A stretch of 46,669 nt of DNA from an uncultured Clostridia bacterium (GTDB taxonomy: Bacteria > Bacillota > Clostridia > Christensenellales > Borkfalkiaceae). The DNA lies in the NCBI GenBank assembly GCA_947629345.1, contig CANRDK010000001.1, forward strand, positions 1-46,669. The letters run 5' to 3'. Positions 1 to 8,105 of the stretch are shown here, piece after piece. Each line of letters opens with the position of its first letter. Position 1 is the first letter of the stretch. Both the position numbers and the translations under genes were made by a program. The notes beneath the pieces were generated by a model, which was given only the letters and a program-made list of their open reading frames with translations, did not search any database and was not told the origin of the DNA.

Positions 1-11
1 TGCCGAAAAAT

Positions 12-209
12 TCAGCTCTTTTTATCGTCATCGGGATCATAGGCAGGATCCATGATGATCTTATCGATCTTGATCGTTGCATAGTCGCGGATATCGAGGC
101 ATTTGCCGCAGTTATCGCAGATTTTTGTTGGGTCAAGGTCGCAGACGAGGCACTCGAGGCACCCGTCGCATTCCTTTTCTTCATCCAAAACACACATTTT
201 TGTTTCCAT
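12..209 (-). CDS. small Cys-rich hypothetical protein (CxxCxxCxxC ... CxxCxxC), divergent from lexA
   Basis: ORF 12..281 trimmed to the ATG at 209 (METKMCVLDEEKECDGCLECLVCD...). That ATG lies 6 nt after a TATACT -10 box. No family recognised. Confidence 0.5.
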   Translation of the reverse strand: METKMCVLDEEKECDGCLECLVCDLDPTKICDNCGKCLDIRDYATIKIDKIIMDPAYDPDDDKKS

Positions 210-264
210 ACAGATAGTATAACACCCTCTCCCAAAAAATGCAACAAAAAAATTTGAAAAACAT

Positions 265-304
265 GGAACATTTGTTTGCATTTATTTTTTCTCTGTGCTA
301 TAAT
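265..304 (+). promoter_or_regulatory. lexA promoter with LexA (Cheo-type) operator
   Basis: GGAACATTTGTTTG at 265-278 resembles the Firmicute consensus CGAACnnnnGTTCG. It overlaps -35 TTGCAT (276-281), followed by a 17-nt spacer and -10 TATAAT (299-304). Confidence 0.6.
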
Positions 305-322
305 GCAGTTGTGAGGTGAAGA

Positions 323-931
323 ATGATCAAACAAGACAGATTGATGGACGTATTTGAGTATATCCGCCGCTATAACGACGAAAACGGGTTCCCCCCCTCC
401 GTCCGTGACATCTGCGCGGCCCTCAATATCAAATCGACGGCTACGGTCTACGACTATATCAACCGTCTGCGCGAACAGGGCTATCTCGACAAGGCGGCCA
501 AGAAGAATCGTTCGGTGATTGTCCGCGGGAGCGCATCCGTGCGGGCTCCCCTCCTCGGCGTCGTCAATGCAGGCCAGCCCATCCTCGCCGTGGAGAACAA
601 CGAGGGCTATTATACCCTTCCCGAGGCGGAATTCAAGGGCGACGATCTGTTTTTGCTCCGTGTGCACGGCGAATCCATGATCGAAGCGGGCATTTTCGAC
701 GGGGACAAGATCATTGTCAAGCGTCAGGATCGTGCAGAAAACGGCGAGATCGTTGTCGCCATGTTCGACGACGGAACGATGAACGGCGCCACGGTCAAGC
801 GCTTCTTCCAAAGGAACGGAAAAATCATTCTTCATCCCGAAAACAGCACGATGGAAGATATCGTTCCCGAAAATCAGGATAGTATCCGCATTCTCGGCAA
901 AGTCATCGGCCTCATGCGCAGTTTTCGGTAG
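323..931 (+). CDS. lexA: LexA repressor (SOS regulator, S24 peptidase)
   Basis: 202 aa. N-terminal winged-helix region (FPPSVRDICAALNIKSTATVYDYINRL) and C-terminal self-cleavage domain (VHGESMIEAGIFDGDKIIVKRQ). Confidence 0.95.
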   Translation: MIKQDRLMDVFEYIRRYNDENGFPPSVRDICAALNIKSTATVYDYINRLREQGYLDKAAKKNRSVIVRGSASVRAPLLGVVNAGQPILAVENNEGYYTLPEAEFKGDDLFLLRVHGESMIEAGIFDGDKIIVKRQDRAENGEIVVAMFDDGTMNGATVKRFFQRNGKIILHPENSTMEDIVPENQDSIRILGKVIGLMRSFR

Positions 932-958
932 AATAAGCGAGAACATGCGGAAAACCGC

Positions 959-1125
959 TTGACGGAAAATTTATTCTTTGATAGAATGATTTCACTCATC
1001 AGAGGGCAACGCGGTCGTAACTGCGAGCCGGATAAGATGTCGGACGGAAAAATCCCGGAGCAACATAGCCGTAGCGAATGTTGGATAAGGGATCTACCGT
1101 TCGGGGCTTATTCGGCTCGTTTTTT
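959..1125 (+). promoter_or_regulatory. sigma-A-type promoter plus ~130-nt structured leader ending in a U-tract (candidate riboswitch/attenuator) upstream of the MATE gene
   Basis: TTGACG (959-964), 17-nt spacer, TAGAAT (982-987). CTTATTCGGCTCG (1107-1119) is followed by T6 (1120-1125). It can pair with CGAGCCGGATAAG (1024-1036) or with GTTGGATAAG (1080-1089). RNA class not determined. Confidence 0.4.
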
Positions 1126-1132
1126 AAAAATC

Positions 1133-2478
1133 ATGGACTTTATCAACGGAAACATCAAAAAAATTTATTTTAATTACCTATTGGCGTCCTTCGGCAGCAC
1201 CTTGATCTCCACGATCTACGGCATCGTCGATATGGCGATGGTCGGACAGTACGAAGGTTCGGACGCGACGGCTGCACTCGCCTGCTTTTTCCCGTCTGGA
1301 ATATCATCTATGCGATCGGACTCTTGACTGGCATTGGCGGCGCAGTTCTTTACGGCAATGCGATCGGAAAGAACGAAAAAGACAGGGCAAACGGGTATTT
1401 TACCCTCTCTTTGATCCTGACAGCGGGCATCATTTCACTTTTTTGGCTTGCCATGATCTTTTTTGACGAGCCCATCCTGAGGCTGTTCGGCGCAGACGAT
1501 ACCCTTCTCCCCTATGCGCAAAAATATCTTTTGCCCATCAAATTCTGCCTGCCCGTATTTACGGTGGAGAACTTTCTCTCCTGCTTCATCCGCAACGACA
1601 ACAGCCCCCGCCTTGCAACGGCCGCCGTCCTTGCGGGAGGAATTTTCAACATTTTCGGGGATTGGCTCTTCGTTTTCGCTTTCGACATGGGCGCAATGGG
1701 CGCGGGCATCGCAACGTCGATCGGCGCATGCATCACTCTCTCCGTGCTATTGAGCCATTTCTTTACCAAGAAAAACACTCTCCGTCTCAATCGGGATTTT
1801 TGCGGAAAAGATATTTTTGGGATCCTGTCAACGGGATTTTCCGCCTTCTTTGTCGATGTCGCAATGGGGATTTTCACGATCATGATGAACAATCAGATCA
1901 TGAAATACCTCGGGAAGGAAGATCTTGCCGTCTATGGCGTCGTCATTCAGTTGTTTACGTTTGTCCAGTGCTGTGCATACAGCGTCGGGCAGGCCGCCCA
2001 GCCCATTCTTTCGGTCAATTTCGGCGCAAACCGAGGCGATAATGTCAAGCGCTGCCTGAAGTACGGGATCTGCGCCGCCCTTACTTTCGGACTCGTATGG
2101 ACCGTTCTTTCCATGAGCATTCCCAATGTTTTCATCCGCATTTTTATGAAGCCCACGGACAAGATTTTGCAGATCGCGCCGTACGAAATCAGGGTCTATG
2201 CCTCTTCCTTCCTCTTTTTGTCGCTGAATGTCTCTTCGACATACTATTTCCAATCCATCCTCAGGCGCGCGGATTCCTTCCTCGTTTCTGTCCTCCGCGG
2301 GATCTTCATCAACGGAATTTTGATCTATGCCCTGCCCGCAATCTTTCAGAATGGCTCCCTCATCTGGATCGTCATGCCGCTCACGGAGGCGTTGACCTTT
2401 ATCTACGTTTTTGCAAGGGTCATCATGACCTCCAAGAGGCTGAAAACGGTCCCTATCTGCTCTCAAGGAGATGCTTGA
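1133..2478 (+). pseudogene. MATE family efflux transporter, interrupted by a frameshift near 1286-1293
   Basis: N-terminal part (MDFINGNIKKIYFNYLLASFGSTLISTIYGIVDMAMVGQ...) is in the frame of ORF 959..1327. The rest (PVWNIIYAIGLLTGIGGAVLYGN...) continues in the frame of ORF 1324..2478. The switch is at a TTTTTCCC run. Confidence 0.75.
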
Positions 2479-2542
2479 CAATATGCAAACCGTATGGTAT
2501 AATCATTTCACTCAAATGAAATTCAGAAACAGGAGGATAGGT

Positions 2543-2983
2543 ATGAAATCGATACGAAATTTGTTCATAACGGCGCTTTTGGTATGTGTCTGTGCATGTC
2601 TTACCGCTTGCGGAGGCTGGGAGAAGGGCGGCTGGCAGCACTATTCCCTTGATTTTTCTCCCGGCAGTTTTCGTATTCAAGATTATGAAGACGGTACTAT
2701 TTTCACGCCCCAATCGAAAATCGAGCTCTCTATGACTGAACCTTCGGACGATATAGATGGGTTTGTAGCGTGTGTTGATGGCGTTGATGGGGACGTCTAT
2801 TTCATATTTTACGATGTTGCGGACGATGTGAAAAGTATCGAATATGATTATATCGCCGAGAGAAGCGTTGATTTTCGGGCAGAGAAGTTCAACGGCGATA
2901 GCGAGAATTTTACCTTATACGCCTATGATTGGACGGATAGGATCTATTGCATGGGGTATGATGTCTTATTTGTGGCAGATTAA
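2543..2983 (+). CDS. hypothetical lipoprotein
   Basis: ORF trimmed to the ATG at 2543, preceded by AGGAGG (2531-2536). Signal peptide with lipobox LTAC (MKSIRNLFITALLVCVCACLTACGG). Confidence 0.7.
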   Translation: MKSIRNLFITALLVCVCACLTACGGWEKGGWQHYSLDFSPGSFRIQDYEDGTIFTPQSKIELSMTEPSDDIDGFVACVDGVDGDVYFIFYDVADDVKSIEYDYIAERSVDFRAEKFNGDSENFTLYAYDWTDRIYCMGYDVLFVAD

Positions 2984-2996
2984 ACTCCTTGAAGTT

Positions 2997-3032
2997 AAAA
3001 AATCGGACGGAATTCAGCCGCCCGATTTTTTT
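2997..3032 (+). terminator. rho-independent terminator after the lipoprotein gene (A-run/T-run flanked, possibly bidirectional)
   Basis: ATCGGACGG-loop-CCGCCCGAT hairpin followed by T7. Confidence 0.6.
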
Positions 3033-3044
3033 GATAAACGAAAA

Positions 3045-3071
3045 CAAGCGGTTTTGCCGCTTGATTTTTTT
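3045..3071 (-). terminator. rho-independent terminator downstream of the pseudouridine synthase gene
   Basis: CAAGCGG-TTTTG-CCGCTTG hairpin. On the minus strand it is followed by TTTTCGTTT. Confidence 0.55.
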
Positions 3072-3783
3072 ACAGATTTTTAAGATAGAACACCTCTTCC
3101 TGCGAGAGGCGGCGGCATTCCCCGCGGTCGAGGCCCGCAAGGGTCAGATCGCCGAGTTTGATGCGCTTTAAGAACGTAACAGGCTTGCCGACCACCTCAA
3201 ACATGCGGCGGATCTCATGGTTTTTCCCCTCCGTCAGCGTCACATGGAGCTTTGTATAGCTCTTATCGGTATCGACAACGACGACGCGGCACTTCTTTGT
3301 GACGACGCCGCGCTCGATCTCCACCCCGCTTCTCAAGCGATTGAGCTGGACGGGAGTGACTGCCCCCTCCACCTTGACGAGATAAGTCTTGGGGATCTCG
3401 CTCTGCGGGGCGGTGAGACGGTAGGAAAGGTCGCCGTCGTTCGTCAGAATGAGCAGCCCCTCCGTGTCGTAATCCAGCCTGCCGACGGGAAACACTCTCC
3501 CCGCGTTGGGCGGAAGAAAGTCCATCACGGTCTTTCTCGGCCGCTCCGTCTTTTCGTCGCTCACCGTGCAGACGCATCCCTTGGGCTTGTTGAGAAGGTA
3601 ATATTCATACTTTACCTTGTGGGAAAGCAACTTTCCGTCGAGGGCGACGCTGTCCGAGGGCTGTACGTTGTCCCCCGCCTTGGCTGTCTTTCCGTTGATG
3701 GTCACCCGCCCTTCTGCAACGATCTCGTCCGCTCCCCTTCTCGAGGCAACGCCCTGTTCTGCCAAAAATTTATTGATCCTCAT
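3070..3783 (-). CDS. pseudouridine synthase, RsuA/RluB family (S4 domain plus catalytic domain)
   Basis: 237 aa. MRINKFLAEQGVASRRGADEIVAEGRVTINGK (S4 domain) and GRLDYDTEGLLILTNDG (catalytic Asp motif). Confidence 0.9.
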   Translation of the reverse strand: MRINKFLAEQGVASRRGADEIVAEGRVTINGKTAKAGDNVQPSDSVALDGKLLSHKVKYEYYLLNKPKGCVCTVSDEKTERPRKTVMDFLPPNAGRVFPVGRLDYDTEGLLILTNDGDLSYRLTAPQSEIPKTYLVKVEGAVTPVQLNRLRSGVEIERGVVTKKCRVVVVDTDKSYTKLHVTLTEGKNHEIRRMFEVVGKPVTFLKRIKLGDLTLAGLDRGECRRLSQEEVFYLKNL

Positions 3784-3822
3784 CCGTATTGCAGAAAAAA
3801 CTCTGCGCTCCTTTCTTTCTGC

Positions 3823-4827
3823 CTATATGATATACAAATTTTGCGAAAAAAGCAAGTCGTTTTGCAGGTAGATATGCATTTGCCCCGCAACTTCTCCCTT
3901 TTCCGTGGGAAGAGGGTCAAAAAGATCGCTGTCGAAGCGCAAACTCCTCAGCTCCGTCTTTTTGAGCGGATAGCTGAAACTGCACTTGATCTCAAAATTT
4001 TCCCAAGGCGTGCCGCTGTCGCAGAGTTTATAGATTTGGAATTCCGAAAAACAGCCGTCGAGGAGCTCCGCTGTCCGCTCGTACATTTCGGGACAATTTA
4101 AAACGACTGATACGAGCGACATGCCCCCTCTCTCCGCACAGGTCACGAGGCACCGTCCCGCCGCAGTCGTAAATCCCGTCTTGACCCCGATCGCCCCGTC
4201 ATAGTTAAAGAGCATTTTATTCTTATTCTGCCAGTTGCGCGGCTCATAGTATTTGCAGGAGACGATCTCACGGAAGGTCTCATTCTCCATCGCATAGGCG
4301 GAGATCAGGGCAAGGTCGCGGGCAGTCGTATGATGGCGGCTGTCGGGAAGACCGTGCGGGTTGACGAAATAGCTCCCCTCTGCCCCGAGGAGGGCTGCTT
4401 TTTCGTTCATTTTCTCCGAAAAGGCCTCAATGCTCCCGCTGTGATGCAGGGCGAGTGTCACGGCGCAGTCGTTTCCCGAGCGCAGCATCAGCCCGTAGAG
4501 CAGTTCTCTCACGGTGTATTCCTCTCCTGCGCGGAGGTAGACGCTCGAGCCCTCCACGCCCTCTGCGGCCTTGGGGATCTTCACCGTCTCATCGATCTTG
4601 CAGTCGTCGAGAATGAGGATCGCCGTCAGGACTTTTGTGGTGCTCGCCATGGGCAGCCTTGCATGCGCATCCTTCTCGTGCAGAATGCGGCGGGAGGAGA
4701 TCTCCACAACGCACTCTCCCCTCGCCTCCCCTGCGGCGGAACCCGAAAGGGCCTCCCTTCCGCCAAAGAGGAAAGAAAACAGGGCAATGACGGCAAGAAA
4801 CAGCCCCAGATACTCAGTTCGCTTCAT
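3823..4827 (-). CDS. D-alanyl-D-alanine carboxypeptidase (S11, DacB/DacF-like)
   Basis: SxxK motif (ASTTKVLT) and SGN motif (LRSGND). Start taken at ATG 4827 (MKRTEYLG..., signal-like); the ORF track begins at a TTG at 4854. Confidence 0.85.
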   Translation of the reverse strand: MKRTEYLGLFLAVIALFSFLFGGREALSGSAAGEARGECVVEISSRRILHEKDAHARLPMASTTKVLTAILILDDCKIDETVKIPKAAEGVEGSSVYLRAGEEYTVRELLYGLMLRSGNDCAVTLALHHSGSIEAFSEKMNEKAALLGAEGSYFVNPHGLPDSRHHTTARDLALISAYAMENETFREIVSCKYYEPRNWQNKNKMLFNYDGAIGVKTGFTTAAGRCLVTCAERGGMSLVSVVLNCPEMYERTAELLDGCFSEFQIYKLCDSGTPWENFEIKCSFSYPLKKTELRSLRFDSDLFDPLPTEKGEVAGQMHIYLQNDLLFSQNLYII

Positions 4828-5206
4828 TTTCCCCCTTTCCGACCTTATCCACAATTTTGTTGACGATATCGCTTGCCTTTTCGATGAGCCCGTCGAAGGG
4901 ATCGTCCGTCAGCCGCACGACGCGGCAATCCACGCCGTCGTCGATGAGGAAGCCCGTCGGCTTCAGGGTGATGACAGTCCCCGCGCCGCCCGCAAAGGGA
5001 TAGGTCTCGTCGAGCTTCACGGCCTTGACTTCGCCGTACTCGCCGCCCCCCGAGAGATACCCCATCGTCACCTTGGTGAACGGGATGACCTGTGCGCCGC
5101 TCGCCGTCAGGATGGGCTTGCCGATGACGGTGTTCACATCGATGAGGCTCGTCAACTGCTCCGCTGTCTTTTCAAGAATGCTGTCGATTTTCTTTTTCTT
5201 ATCCAA
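4814..5206 (-). CDS. ytfJ: sporulation protein YtfJ (GerW family)
   Basis: 130 aa. LIDVNTVIGKPI...GGGEYGEVK...GGAGTVITLKPTGFLI is typical of YtfJ. TTG start lies 10 nt after GGAGG. Confidence 0.85.
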   Translation of the reverse strand: MDKKKKIDSILEKTAEQLTSLIDVNTVIGKPILTASGAQVIPFTKVTMGYLSGGGEYGEVKAVKLDETYPFAGGAGTVITLKPTGFLIDDGVDCRVVRLTDDPFDGLIEKASDIVNKIVDKVGKGENEAN

Positions 5207-5733
5207 TTTAAAAATACCTCCAATGCTTTTTTCATGAATGCCATGCCGATCACAAAGCCGTTGAACACGGTGGCTGTTTCAAAGGAAAACTTCAGGCACG
5301 CCTTATCGGAGAGAAGTGTGTTGTTTTCCAGAGATAAAAAGGGATGCTTTGTTCTCAGATAGGCAAACGTTCCCCCTCCCACGGACTGCAGCAGCGTAGC
5401 GATGAAGATCCCATAGAGGCTCTCCGCGCCTCCCGTTTCCACCGTCTGGTGCAGTCTCCAGAGCTGAAATCCCTTTGTGATCTCAAATTTTTTCCGCGTG
5501 TCCCCCATCTTGTTATAGGGAACAAAGACGGCCTTTTTCTCCGTGAGATGCACGGCGATCCCCTCTCGGTCGAGCTGGCCGTAGCCGCCGAAGAGCTTCA
5601 GATGGCGGTACAGGGAGAGGGAAAACCATGCGCGATTTTTTGGGATATCCACATAGGAATCCAGCCACAAAAATATGGGAAAGAATGTGAGAAGGGATCC
5701 CGTAAATGTGGACCATACAAAAAATTCGCCCAT
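5152..5733 (-). CDS. DUF2953/YtfI-like sporulation membrane protein
   Basis: 193 aa, hydrophobic N-terminus, immediately upstream of ytfJ as in the Bacillus ytfI-ytfJ pair. Family call rests on position and general resemblance. Confidence 0.55.
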   Translation of the reverse strand: MGEFFVWSTFTGSLLTFFPIFLWLDSYVDIPKNRAWFSLSLYRHLKLFGGYGQLDREGIAVHLTEKKAVFVPYNKMGDTRKKFEITKGFQLWRLHQTVETGGAESLYGIFIATLLQSVGGGTFAYLRTKHPFLSLENNTLLSDKACLKFSFETATVFNGFVIGMAFMKKALEVFLNWIRKRKSTAFLKRQRSS

Positions 5734-5783
5734 GACCGTAATATGGGCGAATCTTGAAAAAATATTTGTTTTTGGAAAATCTT

Positions 5784-6521
5784 TCAGTCGATCTTGACGA
5801 GATCGCTGTCGTCGAGGCCGCGAAGGAATTCGGGGATCTCGTACCCGCCGCGGACTTCCTCTCTGTTTTGCGGCTTGGGCTCCCTCGTTGCCTCTGTGGG
5901 CGTTGCGGAAGGGCCGCCGTCCCCCTCCGAACCGTCGTCCGACTCATCGCCCTCATATTCCTCACGGGCGTAGAGATAGCTGTCTCTCTCGTCGAGAGAG
6001 GCATTGCGGATGGCCTCCATGAGTTCATCGTAGTCGGGAAGGTCCTCGAGCGTGTTGAGCTTGAACCGCTTTAAAAATTCATCCGTCGTTGCAAACAGAA
6101 TGGGATGGCCGATGGCATCCTTCCTGCCGCAGGGATAGATGAGCTTCAGATCGAGGAGGACATTCACCGCATAGTCGCTGTTGAGCCCGCGGAGCATTTC
6201 GATCTCGCTCCTCGTGACGGGCTGTTTGTAGGCAATGATGGCGGCGCATTCCAATACGGTGCGGGTCAGCTCCTTCTGGCGGATGGGGTTGAGCACGGCG
6301 GCAACTTGGTCTTTATAGGCGGGGTTTGTGGCAAGCTGTGCCTTTTTGTTGAACTCGAGGAGCTGGATCCCCTCTCCTTCGCCGTATTTTTCCCTCAATT
6401 CCTTGAGCGCTTTCTTGATCTCTCCCTCTGTGACCTCGAGCTTTTCCGCCATATCGGCGAGCGGGACAGCCTTGCCCGATGCGAACAGCACGGCTTCAAT
6501 TATATTCGTCAATGCTTCCAA
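5784..6521 (-). CDS. scpB: segregation and condensation protein B
   Basis: 245 aa. IIEAVLFASGKAVPLADMAEKLEV... and ITRSEIEMLRG-type winged-helix repeats. Follows scpA. Confidence 0.9.
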   Translation of the reverse strand: MEALTNIIEAVLFASGKAVPLADMAEKLEVTEGEIKKALKELREKYGEGEGIQLLEFNKKAQLATNPAYKDQVAAVLNPIRQKELTRTVLECAAIIAYKQPVTRSEIEMLRGLNSDYAVNVLLDLKLIYPCGRKDAIGHPILFATTDEFLKRFKLNTLEDLPDYDELMEAIRNASLDERDSYLYAREEYEGDESDDGSEGDGGPSATPTEATREPKPQNREEVRGGYEIPEFLRGLDDSDLVKID

Positions 6522-7293
6522 AAGGTACTTCCTCCTTCCTGTCGGGGTTGAGTGAAATGATGATCTCGCCGAACGCCTCTTCCTGCCTCACGCACAAAAA
6601 TTGCATTTTCAGGAGCTCTAACATGGCCTGAAAGGTCGTAACGATCTCTGCCTTGGTGTAGTCCGCCGAGAAAAGTTCCTCGAATTTGACGGATCTGCCC
6701 TCTTCCATGCTCTCCATGATAAACGTTGCTTTCTCTTCGACGGTGAACTCGTCGCGCGGAATCTCGCGGATCTCCTCGCCTGCCTTTTTGCTCTCCCGCT
6801 GCAGCATCAGAGCCTGAAAGGCGGAAACGAGGCCGTCGAGGGTCAAAGCGTCGAGGTTGAACACCGTTTTTGTCTCTCCCACGTCCTTGTCGGGCTCCTT
6901 AAAGTAGTAGCCCACCGTCTCGAGTTCCTTGAGCTTCGTCATCTCTTCCTTGATGAGCCTGTACTCCTCAAGCGCTTGGATGAGGCTGTTCTTTTCATCC
7001 TCGATCTCCTCCTCGTACTCGGGGTCGTCGTCAATGTTGGGAACGAGGTATTGTGCCTTGATCTTGATGATGGATGCGGCGATATTGAGATAGTCGCTCA
7101 CCTTGTCTACATCGAGATATGGCAGACCCTTCATGTAGTCGAGGAACTGTTCCGTGACCTGCGAGACAAAGACGTCCTTGATCTCAATCTCCTCTCTGTT
7201 GATGAGATAGAGCAAAAGATCCAAGGGACCCTCGAAATTGTTGAGGACCGTCGTATAGTCTACGTTGGATTCAAATTTATCGCGATCTACCAT
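6496..7293 (-). CDS. scpA: segregation and condensation protein A (kleisin)
   Basis: ORF trimmed to ATG 7293 (MVDRDKFESNVDYTTVLNNFEGPLDLLLYLI...), the typical ScpA N-terminus. Confidence 0.9.
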   Translation of the reverse strand: MVDRDKFESNVDYTTVLNNFEGPLDLLLYLINREEIEIKDVFVSQVTEQFLDYMKGLPYLDVDKVSDYLNIAASIIKIKAQYLVPNIDDDPEYEEEIEDEKNSLIQALEEYRLIKEEMTKLKELETVGYYFKEPDKDVGETKTVFNLDALTLDGLVSAFQALMLQRESKKAGEEIREIPRDEFTVEEKATFIMESMEEGRSVKFEELFSADYTKAEIVTTFQAMLELLKMQFLCVRQEEAFGEIIISLNPDRKEEVPFGSIDEYN

Positions 7294-8015
7294 ATGAGCG
7301 AACTCCAGATTTGACTGAACGGAATGCCGAATGCGGATTGCCACACGGCAAGGATGGGGAAACCGATAATGTTCTGCGCAAACCGCATGACCCACCCTAA
7401 AATGTTGAAATTATCCATGAAGCCGATGCCGTAGGAGACAAATATTTCGCACAGAAAACTTTCAACGATCAAAAAGAGCAGAATATAGTACCCGTAATTG
7501 CGCAAAAAGCGGTAAACGGGGCCGCGGCGCTTGTTCAGGGCGTCAACGATGCGGAATCCGTCGAGCGGATAAAAGGGCAGAAGATTGAAAACACAGAAAC
7601 TCATGCTGTACGCATACAGCAGAAAGGTGAGATAGTACAAAAAGGACGTCAGAAATGTGATCTGCGGCATGAAATTGATCACGACGAGGAAGAGCGGATA
7701 GAAGAAAAATGCCATGATGTAGTTCATCACGATCCCCGCACTCGCCGTGAGGCCCAGCCCCAAGCGGTACTTTTTGAAGTTGGTCGGCTCGATGGGAACG
7801 GGTTTTGCCCAGCCGAAGCCCACAAGGGTAAAGCAGATGAGGCCGAGAAGATCGAAGTGCTTCATGGGGTTCAGCGTGAGCCTTCCGTAGATCTTCGCCG
7901 TGGGATCGCCGCATTTATAGGCCACATATGCATGCGCAAACTCGTGGCATGTCAAAACGAACATGACCGCGAGAAAACTTGCTATGAGTTCGATGATCCT
8001 GTCAACATACGGCAT
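7287..8015 (-). CDS. site-2 protease family (peptidase M50) membrane metalloprotease
   Basis: 242 aa, multi-pass membrane protein with an HEFAHAYVA zinc motif. Confidence 0.85.
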   Translation of the reverse strand: MPYVDRIIELIASFLAVMFVLTCHEFAHAYVAYKCGDPTAKIYGRLTLNPMKHFDLLGLICFTLVGFGWAKPVPIEPTNFKKYRLGLGLTASAGIVMNYIMAFFFYPLFLVVINFMPQITFLTSFLYYLTFLLYAYSMSFCVFNLLPFYPLDGFRIVDALNKRRGPVYRFLRNYGYYILLFLIVESFLCEIFVSYGIGFMDNFNILGWVMRFAQNIIGFPILAVWQSAFGIPFSQIWSSLIW

Positions 8016-8051
8016 AGATTATATTATAACAATTCTATCAAAAAAAAGCAA
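8016..8051 (-). promoter_or_regulatory. sigma-A-type promoter placing the transcription start at or near the M50 protease ATG (leaderless candidate)
   Basis: Minus strand: TTGCTT (8051-8046), 17-nt spacer, TATAAT (8028-8023), 7 nt, then ATG at 8015. No Shine-Dalgarno sequence. Confidence 0.45.
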
Positions 8052-8083
8052 GAAAAAAGCGGACATTTTGTGAAAATTCCGCT
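8051..8083 (-). terminator. rho-independent terminator after lysA
   Basis: AGCGGA ... TCCGCT hairpin followed by TTTTTT on the minus strand. Confidence 0.55.
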
Positions 8084-8105
8084 CTTATCTTCAAGATATT
8101 GTGGT

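Noticed and set aside
959-1132. N-terminal 58 aa of ORF 959..1327 as real coding sequence
   Set aside because: The ORF starts at a TTG that is part of a -35 hexamer and runs through a hairpin plus U-tract. The MATE homology begins only at the ATG at 1133. This stretch is treated as a leader RNA instead.
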